The translations under genes and the position numbers were made by a program. A model generated the notes under the pieces. It was not told the origin of the DNA. It did not search any database and saw only the letters and a program-made list of their open reading frames with translations. Below are positions 9,001-17,565 of a stretch of DNA of 64,000 bases, one piece after another; positions within the stretch are counted from its first letter, which is position 1, and each line of letters starts with the position of its first letter. Source of the stretch: an uncultured Verrucomicrobiota bacterium (GTDB lineage Bacteria; Verrucomicrobiota; Verrucomicrobiia; Chthoniobacterales; JACTMZ01); the NCBI GenBank assembly GCA_903953565.1, contig CAJBKE010000055.1, positions 65,957 through 129,956 of the forward strand, given 5' to 3'.

Positions 9001-11492
9001 CCGAACTGTCCTCGTTGCAGCCCGACACGACTTATTTCTTCCAAGCGGTGGCCGTGAACGGATCGAATGTTGTGCCCGGTTCGGTGCTGTCCTTCCACAC
9101 CCTGCCGGTCAAACCCACGGTGACGACCTTGGCCACGACCAACGTCTCGGTGACCAATGCCGTCCTGCCCGCGACGGTCAATCCGAACGGCTCCGAATCC
9201 ATTTTCTTTTTCGAATACGGCACGAACGCATCGTTCGGTGCAGTCACCGCCGCCCAGTCGGCGGGTGCGGGGACCAATGCCGTCTCCGTTAGCGCCACGC
9301 TTTCGAGTCTCGCTGCCGGCCAGACCTATTACTATCGCGCGGCCGCCTCGAATGCTTTCGGCATATCCTACGGATCGGCGCAAAACTTCTCCGCCGGACT
9401 GCCGCCGCCCTCCGCCAGCACGCTGACACCTGCCAATCTGACAACCAGCGGCGCCCTGTTGCGCGGCACAATCAATCCGAACAATTCTTACGCTTCGGCG
9501 TGGTTCGAGTGGGGGACGACGACCAGCTACGGATCGACATCGCGCATTCTTGCCACGGACACCATGGAAGGCCTCTCCGCTTTCAACCTGATTAACGGAT
9601 CGGTCGCGGGCGGAACCGGATTCGGCAATTACAGCCGCTATTCTATCGGCACCGGGGCGGGAACATATCTCGCGAACAATTCGCCCAACCAGACCATCGA
9701 CGGGGCCAAGACCATTGGTGCTTACGCGGGATCGGCAGCGGGCGTCTCTTTCCGGCGCTCGATCAGCACCACGCGCCAATTCGGCAGCATGCTGGTGTCC
9801 GCCCGGTTCAATGTGGACAACACCAAGGGTTTCTCCGGGTTCAATCTGAAATCGGCCAACGGCAGCGGTGCGAACGGTTTCGGTTCGGGCGAATTGGTGT
9901 CCTTTGGCGTCGCGCCGGGGGGCGGAAATAGCGGAATTCTCGTCACGGACTCGGGCGGCCAGCGCGTGCTGGATCTCGGCTCGGATGTGCGTAACACGAT
10001 CATCGACTTCAAAGTCGACTTCGATGCGCGTAACCGCCGCTACGTGGTCGCCGCAAAATTCCGCACCAGCGCGACCCACACCACGATCAGCGGGACGATG
10101 AGCGGCACCGGAACCAACGTCACGCACGTCGGCTTCGCCAACTGGAACAGCACGGGCGCCTTCCAAGACCTCATGGTCGACAGCCTCCAAGTGCTGGGTT
10201 CGACGGCGCTCGGCGGCGGGACAAATCCCATCGCGGTCAGCAATACGTTGAACGGCCTTTCCCCCAACACTCTTTACCATTACCGAGTCGCCTCGATGAA
10301 CCTCGATGGCGGGATACGCTACAGCGAAAATGCAACATTCTTTACCGGCATCGACCTCGCGGTGTCCGCGACCAACACCGACTCCAGCCTCGTCCAAGGC
10401 GGCATCGGGCAATTCACCGTTACCGTCTCCAACGTCGGCGCGTCGGCCAGCACCACGGCGCAGGTCACGGTGAGCAACCAGCTGCCCGTCGGCATGACCA
10501 TGACCTCGATGACGGGATCCGGCTGGGCTTTCAACTCGAACAATCTCACGGCCACGCGGATCGGGACTCTTAATGCCGGCACGAATTACCCCCCGATCAC
10601 CATTGGTTTCGCTGTCTCCACCAACGCCCCGTCGTTGCTGACCAACACCGTCACAGTTTCCGGGGGCGGCGATGGTAACGCCCTGAACAATACAAGCAAC
10701 CTGACCTGGTCCGTTGCGACCGGTCCAGATCTGGTCGTGACCAAGTCAACGAACAGCACCTTCCGCGAAGGTACCAACGGCTCATTCCTTGTCAATGTCG
10801 TGAATGTCGGTGGAACGCCGACGACCGGCGTGGTCACGGTGACCGAGCAACCGCCGGTCGGCATGGAGATCGTCTCGATGACCGGCACCGGATGGAATTC
10901 CAACTCGAGCAATGCGGTGACCCGCTCGGATAGCTTGGGCTCGAATGCCGATTATCCGCCCATCACGGTTGCCGTGGCTGTTGCCTCGAACGCACCCTCT
11001 GTTTTGACCAACATGGTCACCGTTTCCGGCGGAGGCGATGCGAACACCGACAACAATTCGGCGCAGTCCATCGCGAACGTCGTGCCCTCCCTCGCCCCGA
11101 TGGACGCGTGGAAGACCCTGCACTTCGGCACCACCATCAACGCGGGAGCAGCCGCAGACACCTATGTCGCGAGCGAAGACGGAATGCCGAACCTGCTCAA
11201 ATACGCGCTGGGGCTGGATCCGACCAACACGGCCGCGCCCGCGGATCGTCCCGCAATGCAAACCTTTCCTCCCCTCGCCATCAAGTTCCGCCGGGCCAAG
11301 GACGCGAGCGACGTGACGATCCACGTCGAGGCCACGGACAGCCTGATGAACTCGTGGAGCAACATCTGGACGAGCACAACCAACCCCTACGGCGGCGGCA
11401 CGAACTTTTTCGACGAAGTCATTGTGCTGGACCACGTTTCCGGAACGAACGACCCGCAGCGCTACCTGCGGCTCAAAGTCACGCGGCCGTAG
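6030..11492 (+). CDS. Giant secreted GH13 alpha-amylase-family enzyme with multiple accessory domains
   Basis: Start moved to GTG 6030 (MFRSARHIALICVFAVNFFWGGLAHAQ signal peptide; the track start is 5979). GH13 regions present: DVVVNHGS, GFDAYRLDTVKHV, FQFGEIFDG, NIDNHDNSRF. There is an N-terminal CBM-like module and at least 6 tandem ~95-aa beta-sandwich repeats (..GTTYHYRVYATNSVGT..). An uncharacterised ~210-aa domain lies at about 9560-10195, followed by DUF11-type repeats at about 10340-11080. Confidence 0.85.
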   Translation: MFRSARHIALICVFAVNFFWGGLAHAQITETTGMVRVEAESSTDRTARTIGSVSYAWTDDAATPGFSGTGYIEAYPADDATATTVATAWETASPQINYSITFSNPGTYYVWVRGFAGDASSAGVYLGLNGTSLANPRIDMQQFNAWTWSNTAAGSGTPVTFNIPSAGTYTLNLWMRDAWLDIDRILLTRNPNFSPAPDPNFWRNQNIYQIITDRFFDGDPSNNNFYGGASPSTGNRTHGGDWVGVERKLDYIKALGATAIWLSPVLKNGNGDFDYHGYAATDFYNVDPRFGNLQDLQRLVREAQKRGLLVINDVVVNHGSSWVDSGDAGYANFVYPPGGYNLRYNSGGRQYAVPFDPASISSVYGNSNLNNIFHNNGTTQNWSDATQVELGELLSLDDFKTETPYVRQKMKEIWTHWIDSVGFDAYRLDTVKHVEMGFWNEWSPAIRAAAQAADKPNFFQFGEIFDGSDAKVGSYTGTKSGGSYKMESVLDYPLYYQIGSVFGSGTGNTGQIEGRYNNLTTANYDASALDSLVLNIDNHDNSRFLATTGSSTARLEGALAFMYTSRGIPSLYYGTEQDFNGGADPANREDMFDGAYEQGPSLGDNFNMTSARFKLVAKLNNLRRLYPALRTGSHNNLWANFGGPGLLAYARRLNGEEAYVVLNTATTAQTIGARPTIHPAGTVLVDVLNPANTLTVAAEVDGIPSFSMPALSCRIYVAQSQLRALSPVVNSITPTHDATGISPASSITVTFSQAMNAASVQAAFSTTPASTGNFVWSSGNTVVTYTPSSNLAGSTIYTVRIGDAATDSTGVAMHGAFESRFTTGVASSTARPSINSFSSSGVTDATASLAAAVTPNGAATTAFFEYGLTTGYGTTVSGQAIGSGNSPINVSANLSGLAPGTTYHYRVYATNSVGTTFGADATFDTSAPLPQVTTTAASFVTTSTTSLNGTVNPNGLPTSVYFRWGTRSDDLSNQTAGQNVGSGSVNIAFWAELSSLQPDTTYFFQAVAVNGSNVVPGSVLSFHTLPVKPTVTTLATTNVSVTNAVLPATVNPNGSESIFFFEYGTNASFGAVTAAQSAGAGTNAVSVSATLSSLAAGQTYYYRAAASNAFGISYGSAQNFSAGLPPPSASTLTPANLTTSGALLRGTINPNNSYASAWFEWGTTTSYGSTSRILATDTMEGLSAFNLINGSVAGGTGFGNYSRYSIGTGAGTYLANNSPNQTIDGAKTIGAYAGSAAGVSFRRSISTTRQFGSMLVSARFNVDNTKGFSGFNLKSANGSGANGFGSGELVSFGVAPGGGNSGILVTDSGGQRVLDLGSDVRNTIIDFKVDFDARNRRYVVAAKFRTSATHTTISGTMSGTGTNVTHVGFANWNSTGAFQDLMVDSLQVLGSTALGGGTNPIAVSNTLNGLSPNTLYHYRVASMNLDGGIRYSENATFFTGIDLAVSATNTDSSLVQGGIGQFTVTVSNVGASASTTAQVTVSNQLPVGMTMTSMTGSGWAFNSNNLTATRIGTLNAGTNYPPITIGFAVSTNAPSLLTNTVTVSGGGDGNALNNTSNLTWSVATGPDLVVTKSTNSTFREGTNGSFLVNVVNVGGTPTTGVVTVTEQPPVGMEIVSMTGTGWNSNSSNAVTRSDSLGSNADYPPITVAVAVASNAPSVLTNMVTVSGGGDANTDNNSAQSIANVVPSLAPMDAWKTLHFGTTINAGAAADTYVASEDGMPNLLKYALGLDPTNTAAPADRPAMQTFPPLAIKFRRAKDASDVTIHVEATDSLMNSWSNIWTSTTNPYGGGTNFFDEVIVLDHVSGTNDPQRYLRLKVTRP

Positions 11493-11550
11493 TCGGTCTC
11501 TTGGACACGGCACCGCCCGTCCCCCTCCCCGCACCAAGCCCTTCTGTCAT

Positions 11551-11649
11551 GGTGGATCGCGCTATCCCAGCGCGATGCCGTTGCGCACACCATCGTGGCG
11601 CCACCGAAGCAAAGCGCAGATGGGCCCGAGGCAAACGGCACGATCCACC
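11551..11649. repeat. R5 MITE-like element with inverted termini GGTGGATCGCG / CACGATCCACC
   Basis: 99 bp bounded by an 11-bp terminal inverted repeat. The first ~50 nt (reverse complement) are about 80 percent identical to the copy at 59403-59532. Confidence 0.55.
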
Positions 11650-11668
11650 TTGGACAAATCCACGACGC

Positions 11669-11700
11669 AAAAAGGGCGTCTCTTTCGAGACGCCCTTTTG
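11669..11700. terminator. Bidirectional rho-independent terminator between the convergent GH13 and RRM genes
   Basis: AAAGGGCGTCTC-tttc-GAGACGCCCTTT is a perfect 12-bp stem, with an A-run on the left and a T-run on the right. Confidence 0.7.
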
Positions 11701-11720
11701 TGAATTTGCTGTCGGTTGAC

Positions 11721-12137
11721 TTAGTAGCCGCCGCGGTCTCCGCGATCGCGGTATCCGCCGCCACCACCGCCGCCGCCACGATAGCCACCGCCACCGCCGC
11801 CACGGCCTCCGCCGCCGCCACGATAGCCGCCACCGCCGCCACCGCCACCGCGGTAGCCGCCGCCGCCACCGCCGCCTTGCGGACGGTCTTCACGCGGACG
11901 CGCTTCGTTGACTTGGATGGTGCGGCCGTCCATGTCCTGACCATGGAATTTGCTGACGGCTGCGTTGGCTTCCTCGTCGGAGGAGAAAGTGATGAAACCG
12001 AAACCGCGCGAGCGGCCGGTCTGACGATCGACGGCAATCATGACGTCGGTCACGGTGCCACATTGACCGAAGGCGTCGCGGAGCGAGTCTTCGGTGGTGC
12101 TGAAGGGGAGATTCCCCACATAGAGTTTGTTACCCAT
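11721..12137 (-). CDS. RRM (RNP-1) RNA-binding protein with Gly/Arg/Tyr-rich tail
   Basis: KLYVGNLPF (RNP2) and RGFGFITF (RNP1). The C-terminal tail reads GGGGGGYRGGGGGGGGYRGG... Confidence 0.9.
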   Translation of the reverse strand: MGNKLYVGNLPFSTTEDSLRDAFGQCGTVTDVMIAVDRQTGRSRGFGFITFSSDEEANAAVSKFHGQDMDGRTIQVNEARPREDRPQGGGGGGGYRGGGGGGGGYRGGGGGRGGGGGGYRGGGGGGGGYRDRGDRGGY

Positions 12138-12308
12138 ACTATTATCTTTCTGTTGTGTTTATCTGCCAGGCTCCAAGCCGTCCGGTGCCTGCGCAAACTC
12201 CCACGAATGTAAAACTCAACCCGGGGGGCGCTTTCTGACCTGAACTTGTCGACTGTCAGTAGTGAAGGTGGCCCGATCCGGCCAAAGCGCAAGCGAAATC
12301 GGCCCAGC

Positions 12309-15300
12309 TTAAGGGGTGTGGACCACTTTGAAGCGGACAAATTTGCGGTCGCCATCCATCGGCACGCGGACGACTTTGCGGACGCAGCCCGCGGGGAGGT
12401 TGGCCTGACTGGCGGCATCGACCATTTCGATGCCGGCGCTCGACCAAGTTCCGCCCAAATCGGAGGTCGCTTCAGCCGAGACAACCACCGCCTCGTCGCC
12501 GGTCCGGACGACTGCGGTCATGAGCAAATGGGTTTCGTCGCGCGAAACCTGCATTGGTTCGCCCGCCTGCCCCGGTGCGCTCGCGCCGCCGACGCCGTAA
12601 TCCAAGAAGCTATCGTTGGACGGGGTTTCCTCACCAAGCCACTCGCCGTAACCTCCGCTCGCGCCCGTGCGGGTCACACTGCCATCAGCGGTGACCGTGC
12701 GTTCGCCGCTCGTTGCTACAATGTGCGACATGGCACCGACGTAGACGTTGCGTGCGGTGTCCGGTCCCGCGTTGCTGTTGTAGAATTGGATCCAGGAGAT
12801 TGAATCGCCGGTGACCAGATTGCCGGTAATCTCGCCGGAGCCGGTGGCGAGAGTGTAGGCATTGCCGGCGCCGAGGGTCAGGGTGAGATTGAGGCCCCCG
12901 GCGGTGTAAGCGATCGAGGTGGCCCGATTGCCTGCTGCATCAACCACGCGGTAATTGCTCTCACCACCGACAAAGAGAAAGCGGAAGCGTGCTGTGCCGC
13001 TCGCATCGCGGAGTTCGACTCCGACCTCGGCGCCGTTATCCATCCAGTTGTTGTCGAACTTCACATTGAACGAGTCGCCGGATTTCATCGCCGTGGTGAA
13101 CGAACGGGTGACCGCTGCACGACCGCCGTTGTTGGCCCAGAGACCGAAACCTTTGGTCGTGCCAACATTCATGTTGGACGGATTGTCGGCGAGAAAGCTG
13201 CCGGCGTTGGCTGCAGAATGGTCGAAATACCAGACCCCGAAGCCCGAGCCCTGACCCTGCTCGGTGACGAACGTGTTGTAGTTCATCGGCGTGTCGACGT
13301 AGGTCTGCTCGCCGGTGGTGGAAATAAGACCGGAGAACGTCACGTTGTTCGGGCCGGACGCGACCGGGATCTCGGCCGACCAATCCCAACCGGTAGATAC
13401 ATTGCCGCCGGGAAACGCAATGATACCCGAACCGCCGCTTGGATTCGTCCACGTCAGGCCCGCAGTGAAGCCCGATCCGGCACGACCGGTGAAGAGATAG
13501 CTCGCACTCATGGTCGAAACCGAACCTGCCGGATCGAGAACGAGCAAGTCGTCGGACAGCAACGGATTGGACAACGTCGTGACGCTGAGCGGCGCCGAGG
13601 CCGGGGAGTCGCCCGCCACGTTGACGGCCCTGACCGTGTATTGATAGGTCGTCTTGGGGCTCAGCCCGGTGTTGACGTAGACGGTGTCCGTGGGCGTGGC
13701 GACTTGCACGCCGTCGCGGAAGACTTTGTAGCTGGTCGCGGTGGCGGAGGGACTCCAACTGAGAGCAATGCTGCCGTTGCTCACTTCGCCGGCGGTGAGC
13801 CCGCCGGGCGCGGCGGGAGGATCGGTCGGCGGCGGCTGGGTGTTGACGTCGATATTCCAGTTGCCGCCGCCGTTGTTGTCCCAAGATGTCGCGTTGTTGT
13901 TGAAAACATAACGGACAATGGTGGCCTGGGCGGGAACGGTGTAGGTGTATTTCCAGTTGCTGCCATCCTTGGTCATGGTCACTCCGGGCACCGCCGTCCA
14001 GTTCGCCGTGACGTTCTCGTTGAAACCGTGGTGGACGTTGACCGTCGTGGCGGAGGCGAGGCCGCGGCCCGCGGGATTGTAGTAAACGGTAACGGGTTGG
14101 CCGGCCACGGGCGTGAAAGGAACCGTCCAAACGGGGCCCGAGGGCGCTTCGCAATCACGGATGGAGACGGACCAGTTTTGGCCGTTGCGGCTATCGATAA
14201 AGCTGCCGCTTTCGAAGTAGACGGTTGCGCTCGGGGCGTTGTCCGGTGCGTTGATCGTGTATGTCCAGACGTTGTTGCTGCCGGCCATGGCGTAGGGAGT
14301 CCAGGTCGCGCCGCCGTTGAAGCTGATCTGCATGGTGACCGACGATTTGTTTTCCAGCGGACCGTTGGTCGCAGTGTAGGTGACGGTGATCGGTTCGCAG
14401 TCGCTCGGATTGGCGGAGAAAGTCGCACTCGAGGACGGCACGATGCCGTCGTTGGCCACCCAGACATGCTGAATTTCGGATTTGCTCACGTTGCCCAGCC
14501 CGTCCGTCGACTCGATGTAGTAATCGACAAGTTTGTCGCGAAAATTGGGCAGCGAGGCATCGTCGATCTTGGCGAAGTAGTAATCGGCGATGACAGGATC
14601 GGACCAGAACGCAGGGTCGAAGACGAAATAGTCGATCTGCCCGTTCGCCGCGGCGGCATTGAGGGCCGTGCGCGTTTTGGGCAAAACGCGCTTGGTCATG
14701 TTGATCGTGACCCACTGGCCGACCTCCGGGCCGCCCGCGTAGGTTTCGTTCTGGTTGGTATCGAGTGGATTGTTTCCGTCGTTGTCGATGCGGACCTTGA
14801 GTCGGACGCCGTTCTCGGGAATGCCGTTGAGATCGTAGGCGTGGGTCCAGATGTAGAACCACGACGGCATCTTTTTGAGGAAATTGCTGTTGTTGATGTG
14901 CGGCTCGTTGTTGAACCAGCCGAAGGTGTAAGCGCCGGGGTTATAGGGGAAACGCTGGGGCTTGAGCACAGTGGGGCCGATTTTGTCCTTCGCCTTTCTG
15001 GCGGTGGTCATGAAGGCTTGGAGCTTGTCGACCGCGTTCTTGGTCGCGAGAGCGGGTTTGACCTCGTCGTCGTTGCCGAGGCCACCGTAGTAGTTGAAGC
15101 CGGAGTCGAGGCCTTTGAGGTAAATGTGCCACGCGAGTTCAACATCGTTGGGAGAAGTCCACGAACCGTCCCAATTGTAGGGGTGCGCGACTTTCCATTC
15201 GTTGACCATGTCGTTGCCGCCATTCTCTGCACTCAAAACTTGCTCGGCCGTCTCCAGCCAGTTGGCGCCGGCCATGAGCGGAGCGTAGCTGAAAAACTTG

Positions 15301-16667
15301 AGCGCAAAGCCCGGCGTCTCCATGTCGACCTGCGTGCCGGGGTGCGTCGTCTTGCCGCGATTGGCCACGGTCGCGACGGGCGGCTCCACCCACTTTAGGA
15401 AGTTAGGCGAGCCGTAACACATCTCGGGGAAAATCCACGCGCCATCCTCGATGTGGGTGTCGGAGGTAACCGAACTTTTCGCCGCGTTTACAAAATCCTG
15501 CGGCGCGGCGGGTTTGTAACCCTTGGTGGCGGATTCGCCGAATAGCTGCGGCGTCGCCTCGAACCAAGAACTGGAGCCGCCGCCCCACGCGTTGTCGCCA
15601 TCGGTGGAAGGCATGACGATGACCGGACGGTCGGCGTGCGGCGCGATGAAATCGTTGATCTTGGCAATGCCTTCGTTGGCGTAGCCGTAGCGGTAGGAAA
15701 GGACATCATCTGAAGGAACGGCATACATTTTCTTTTCCGCGCCGGTCTCGGGATTCACGTATTTGACGCGGTGCAGTTGGTAGGCAAAGGGAGCCACATT
15801 CCATGCGGCGTTGCCGGGATTGGGCATGCCATACCACCACTTTGTGACATCATCGAAACGCGGCGAGAGCTGGTCGGCCCGGTTCGGGGGACTCGAATAG
15901 ATGCCGTAGGAGCCTTCGGGATTCGCGCGGTCGTTGTAGCTCGGGCTGGTGCGGCTGATATGGTGGCTGGCGACGATGCTCCACTCGTAACCTTCGTCAA
16001 CGAGGACATCGATGAGGTGGCGGGAGTAGCCCATTTCCGTGGGGAAAAAGCCTTTCGAGTGATCGGAAAGGTCGCTGTTGCCACCCCACGCTTTCCACCA
16101 AGCCTGCTTGAAGGCCTGCAGTTCCTTGCGGAAAACGGACTTTGGAAGCATGGGCGCGAGCGAGTGGTGGTAAGTGAACCCGACAAGGTCCATGCGGGTG
16201 GAGCCGGAGGGCGTTTTCCAGCCGCGTGCATCTCGGAAGCCGGCATTCCAACTCCCACCGTAGCCGAGCTGACCGAGGCCCCCCAACTGGCGCACGTTGT
16301 CAATGAGAGAGCCCGAGTAACTGATAGCGAAGCCGCCGCGGCTATCGACGCCGGCCAAGGAATTGCGCGGACCTTGTTGGTAGGCGGTGCGGCGGTCGTC
16401 GAGGCCGAAGATGTCGGTGAGATTGTTTTCCGGATGCTGTGCGGGGCTGATCCCAGCGTAGTTCTGCGACGGCTTGAGCACGATCGAATCCCAAGCGTAT
16501 TGCCCGCGCGAGGTTTGACTGCCGTTGCGGTTCCATTCAGGCCAATAGAGCGGCTGGTGAGTGTGCCAGAAACGGGAGACGTAGACGTTGCCGTTGGCAA
16601 GGACAGAGGTTGGCAGGAGCACGACAGCGCAGAGCGCCGCCAGCACGAGGGTGCGGGGACAAGACAT
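12309..16667 (-). CDS. Giant secreted GH57/GH119-like alpha-glucan hydrolase with CBM25-like and FN3 modules
   Basis: Start moved to ATG 16667 (MSCPRTLVLAALCAVVLLPTSVLA signal peptide). FWHTHQPLYWPE, FFPTEMGYS and STDGDNAWGGG resemble GH57/GH119 regions I, III and IV. There are two starch-binding-type modules (..SWDNNGGGNWNIDV) and one FN3 (YKVFRDGVQV..YQYTVRAVNVAG). An uncharacterised ~190-aa domain lies at about 12726-13290. Confidence 0.7.
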   Translation of the reverse strand: MSCPRTLVLAALCAVVLLPTSVLANGNVYVSRFWHTHQPLYWPEWNRNGSQTSRGQYAWDSIVLKPSQNYAGISPAQHPENNLTDIFGLDDRRTAYQQGPRNSLAGVDSRGGFAISYSGSLIDNVRQLGGLGQLGYGGSWNAGFRDARGWKTPSGSTRMDLVGFTYHHSLAPMLPKSVFRKELQAFKQAWWKAWGGNSDLSDHSKGFFPTEMGYSRHLIDVLVDEGYEWSIVASHHISRTSPSYNDRANPEGSYGIYSSPPNRADQLSPRFDDVTKWWYGMPNPGNAAWNVAPFAYQLHRVKYVNPETGAEKKMYAVPSDDVLSYRYGYANEGIAKINDFIAPHADRPVIVMPSTDGDNAWGGGSSSWFEATPQLFGESATKGYKPAAPQDFVNAAKSSVTSDTHIEDGAWIFPEMCYGSPNFLKWVEPPVATVANRGKTTHPGTQVDMETPGFALKFFSYAPLMAGANWLETAEQVLSAENGGNDMVNEWKVAHPYNWDGSWTSPNDVELAWHIYLKGLDSGFNYYGGLGNDDEVKPALATKNAVDKLQAFMTTARKAKDKIGPTVLKPQRFPYNPGAYTFGWFNNEPHINNSNFLKKMPSWFYIWTHAYDLNGIPENGVRLKVRIDNDGNNPLDTNQNETYAGGPEVGQWVTINMTKRVLPKTRTALNAAAANGQIDYFVFDPAFWSDPVIADYYFAKIDDASLPNFRDKLVDYYIESTDGLGNVSKSEIQHVWVANDGIVPSSSATFSANPSDCEPITVTYTATNGPLENKSSVTMQISFNGGATWTPYAMAGSNNVWTYTINAPDNAPSATVYFESGSFIDSRNGQNWSVSIRDCEAPSGPVWTVPFTPVAGQPVTVYYNPAGRGLASATTVNVHHGFNENVTANWTAVPGVTMTKDGSNWKYTYTVPAQATIVRYVFNNNATSWDNNGGGNWNIDVNTQPPPTDPPAAPGGLTAGEVSNGSIALSWSPSATATSYKVFRDGVQVATPTDTVYVNTGLSPKTTYQYTVRAVNVAGDSPASAPLSVTTLSNPLLSDDLLVLDPAGSVSTMSASYLFTGRAGSGFTAGLTWTNPSGGSGIIAFPGGNVSTGWDWSAEIPVASGPNNVTFSGLISTTGEQTYVDTPMNYNTFVTEQGQGSGFGVWYFDHSAANAGSFLADNPSNMNVGTTKGFGLWANNGGRAAVTRSFTTAMKSGDSFNVKFDNNWMDNGAEVGVELRDASGTARFRFLFVGGESNYRVVDAAGNRATSIAYTAGGLNLTLTLGAGNAYTLATGSGEITGNLVTGDSISWIQFYNSNAGPDTARNVYVGAMSHIVATSGERTVTADGSVTRTGASGGYGEWLGEETPSNDSFLDYGVGGASAPGQAGEPMQVSRDETHLLMTAVVRTGDEAVVVSAEATSDLGGTWSSAGIEMVDAASQANLPAGCVRKVVRVPMDGDRKFVRFKVVHTP

Positions 16668-16707
16668 GTTCGGGGTGAACTGTTGGGATGTGTAGCGAGC
16701 TAAAAAC

Positions 16708-17496
16708 TCAGGGTGCGTTTCGGCTGAGTTGGAAATTGTTGAAGGAAAAGTCGTGGGTTTCGGCGTTGCGGTTGAAGAACGCGAGGCTCTGGATCGGCGC
16801 GCCGGCCTCGCCGCCCAACTTGCGTCCTTCAATCAGCTTCACCGACTTGTCTTTGAGGTTGATCACCTCGAGGTCGTAGGTGTCGGCATCGACCAGCGTC
16901 AGCGTGAGGGCCAAAGCCTCCTGAGTGATCGGAATGCCGGTGTCGAACTCCTTCTCGCTATCCGTGATCAAATAATTCGGCGCTCCCTCGCGCGCGAAGA
17001 AACGCACACGCGCACCCGTCTCGATGTCGGTCACTGCGCCATCGGCAGTGCCGGTGCGGTAAGTCACGCCCACCTCGCTGGGCGTGGAGTCATCCTGCTC
17101 GCCCTTCTGCTGGAAAGGCCCGTGCACGATTTCCAAAGAAAAATTGTCCCCCGTCGCCAACGGCACCGCGATGCCGCGGAAAGCGACCGATTCCTCGTAG
17201 CTCTTCCCATTGGCGAAGAGCGAAAACACGCGATCCGTCGTGATCGGCGCCAACTCAGGCTTCTCGCCCACCTTCCCCAGATAGTGCCCGGCAAAACTCC
17301 CCTCGCCATCCGACTTCGTCACCATCTTCCAAACAAAAAAACCGTTGTCCCCCCCGGTCCCGTCATTCCAACCACCATTGTACATCCCCTGATTGGCCTG
17401 ATCCTCACCCACATTGACCTGCGTCAACGCCCAAGCGGGCACCGCAAGACAAAGACCTGCTGAAAACAGCGGAACGAAGCGCAACAGGGGAATCAT
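16708..17496 (-). CDS. Secreted hypothetical protein, a stand-alone copy of the uncharacterised domain shared with both giant hydrolases
   Basis: Start moved to MIPLLRFVPLFSAGLCLAVPAWA (signal peptide). Its stop lies 40 nt upstream of the GH57-like gene start (same strand). See the findings for the by-eye alignment. Confidence 0.65.
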   Translation of the reverse strand: MIPLLRFVPLFSAGLCLAVPAWALTQVNVGEDQANQGMYNGGWNDGTGGDNGFFVWKMVTKSDGEGSFAGHYLGKVGEKPELAPITTDRVFSLFANGKSYEESVAFRGIAVPLATGDNFSLEIVHGPFQQKGEQDDSTPSEVGVTYRTGTADGAVTDIETGARVRFFAREGAPNYLITDSEKEFDTGIPITQEALALTLTLVDADTYDLEVINLKDKSVKLIEGRKLGGEAGAPIQSLAFFNRNAETHDFSFNNFQLSRNAP

Positions 17497-17565
17497 AAAC
17501 GGTAGGAAGGAAACAGAAAACTTACAGGCAAGAAGACAGCCTGTCAAACGACCCCCGGCACCCCC

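Noticed and set aside
8262-10412. 716-aa minus-strand ORF. Similar long antisense ORFs include 13218..15398 (+), 1972..2679 (+), 2664..3794 (-), 17590..18729 (+), 18888..19799 (-), 55917..56831 (+), 56862..58650 (+) and 60848..61882 (-).
   Set aside because: Each lies entirely antisense to a gene with strong family motifs (GH13, GH57-like, PHP, ppgK, hldD, recJ, secA, rnr). Their translations are Arg/Gly/Ala/Pro-rich with no recognisable domains. Such shadow ORFs are expected in high-GC DNA.
11462-12212. ORFs 11462..12037 (-) and 11595..12212 (+), rich in Ala/Thr/Val.
   Set aside because: These are alternative frames of the GGY/GCC-rich DNA encoding the glycine-rich tail of the RRM protein. 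They are low-complexity artefacts.
17505-17546. Possible terminator after hldD (ACAGGC-n9-GCCTGT followed by a T-rich tract in minus sense).
   Set aside because: The stem is only 6 bp with a 9-nt loop, which is too weak to call.
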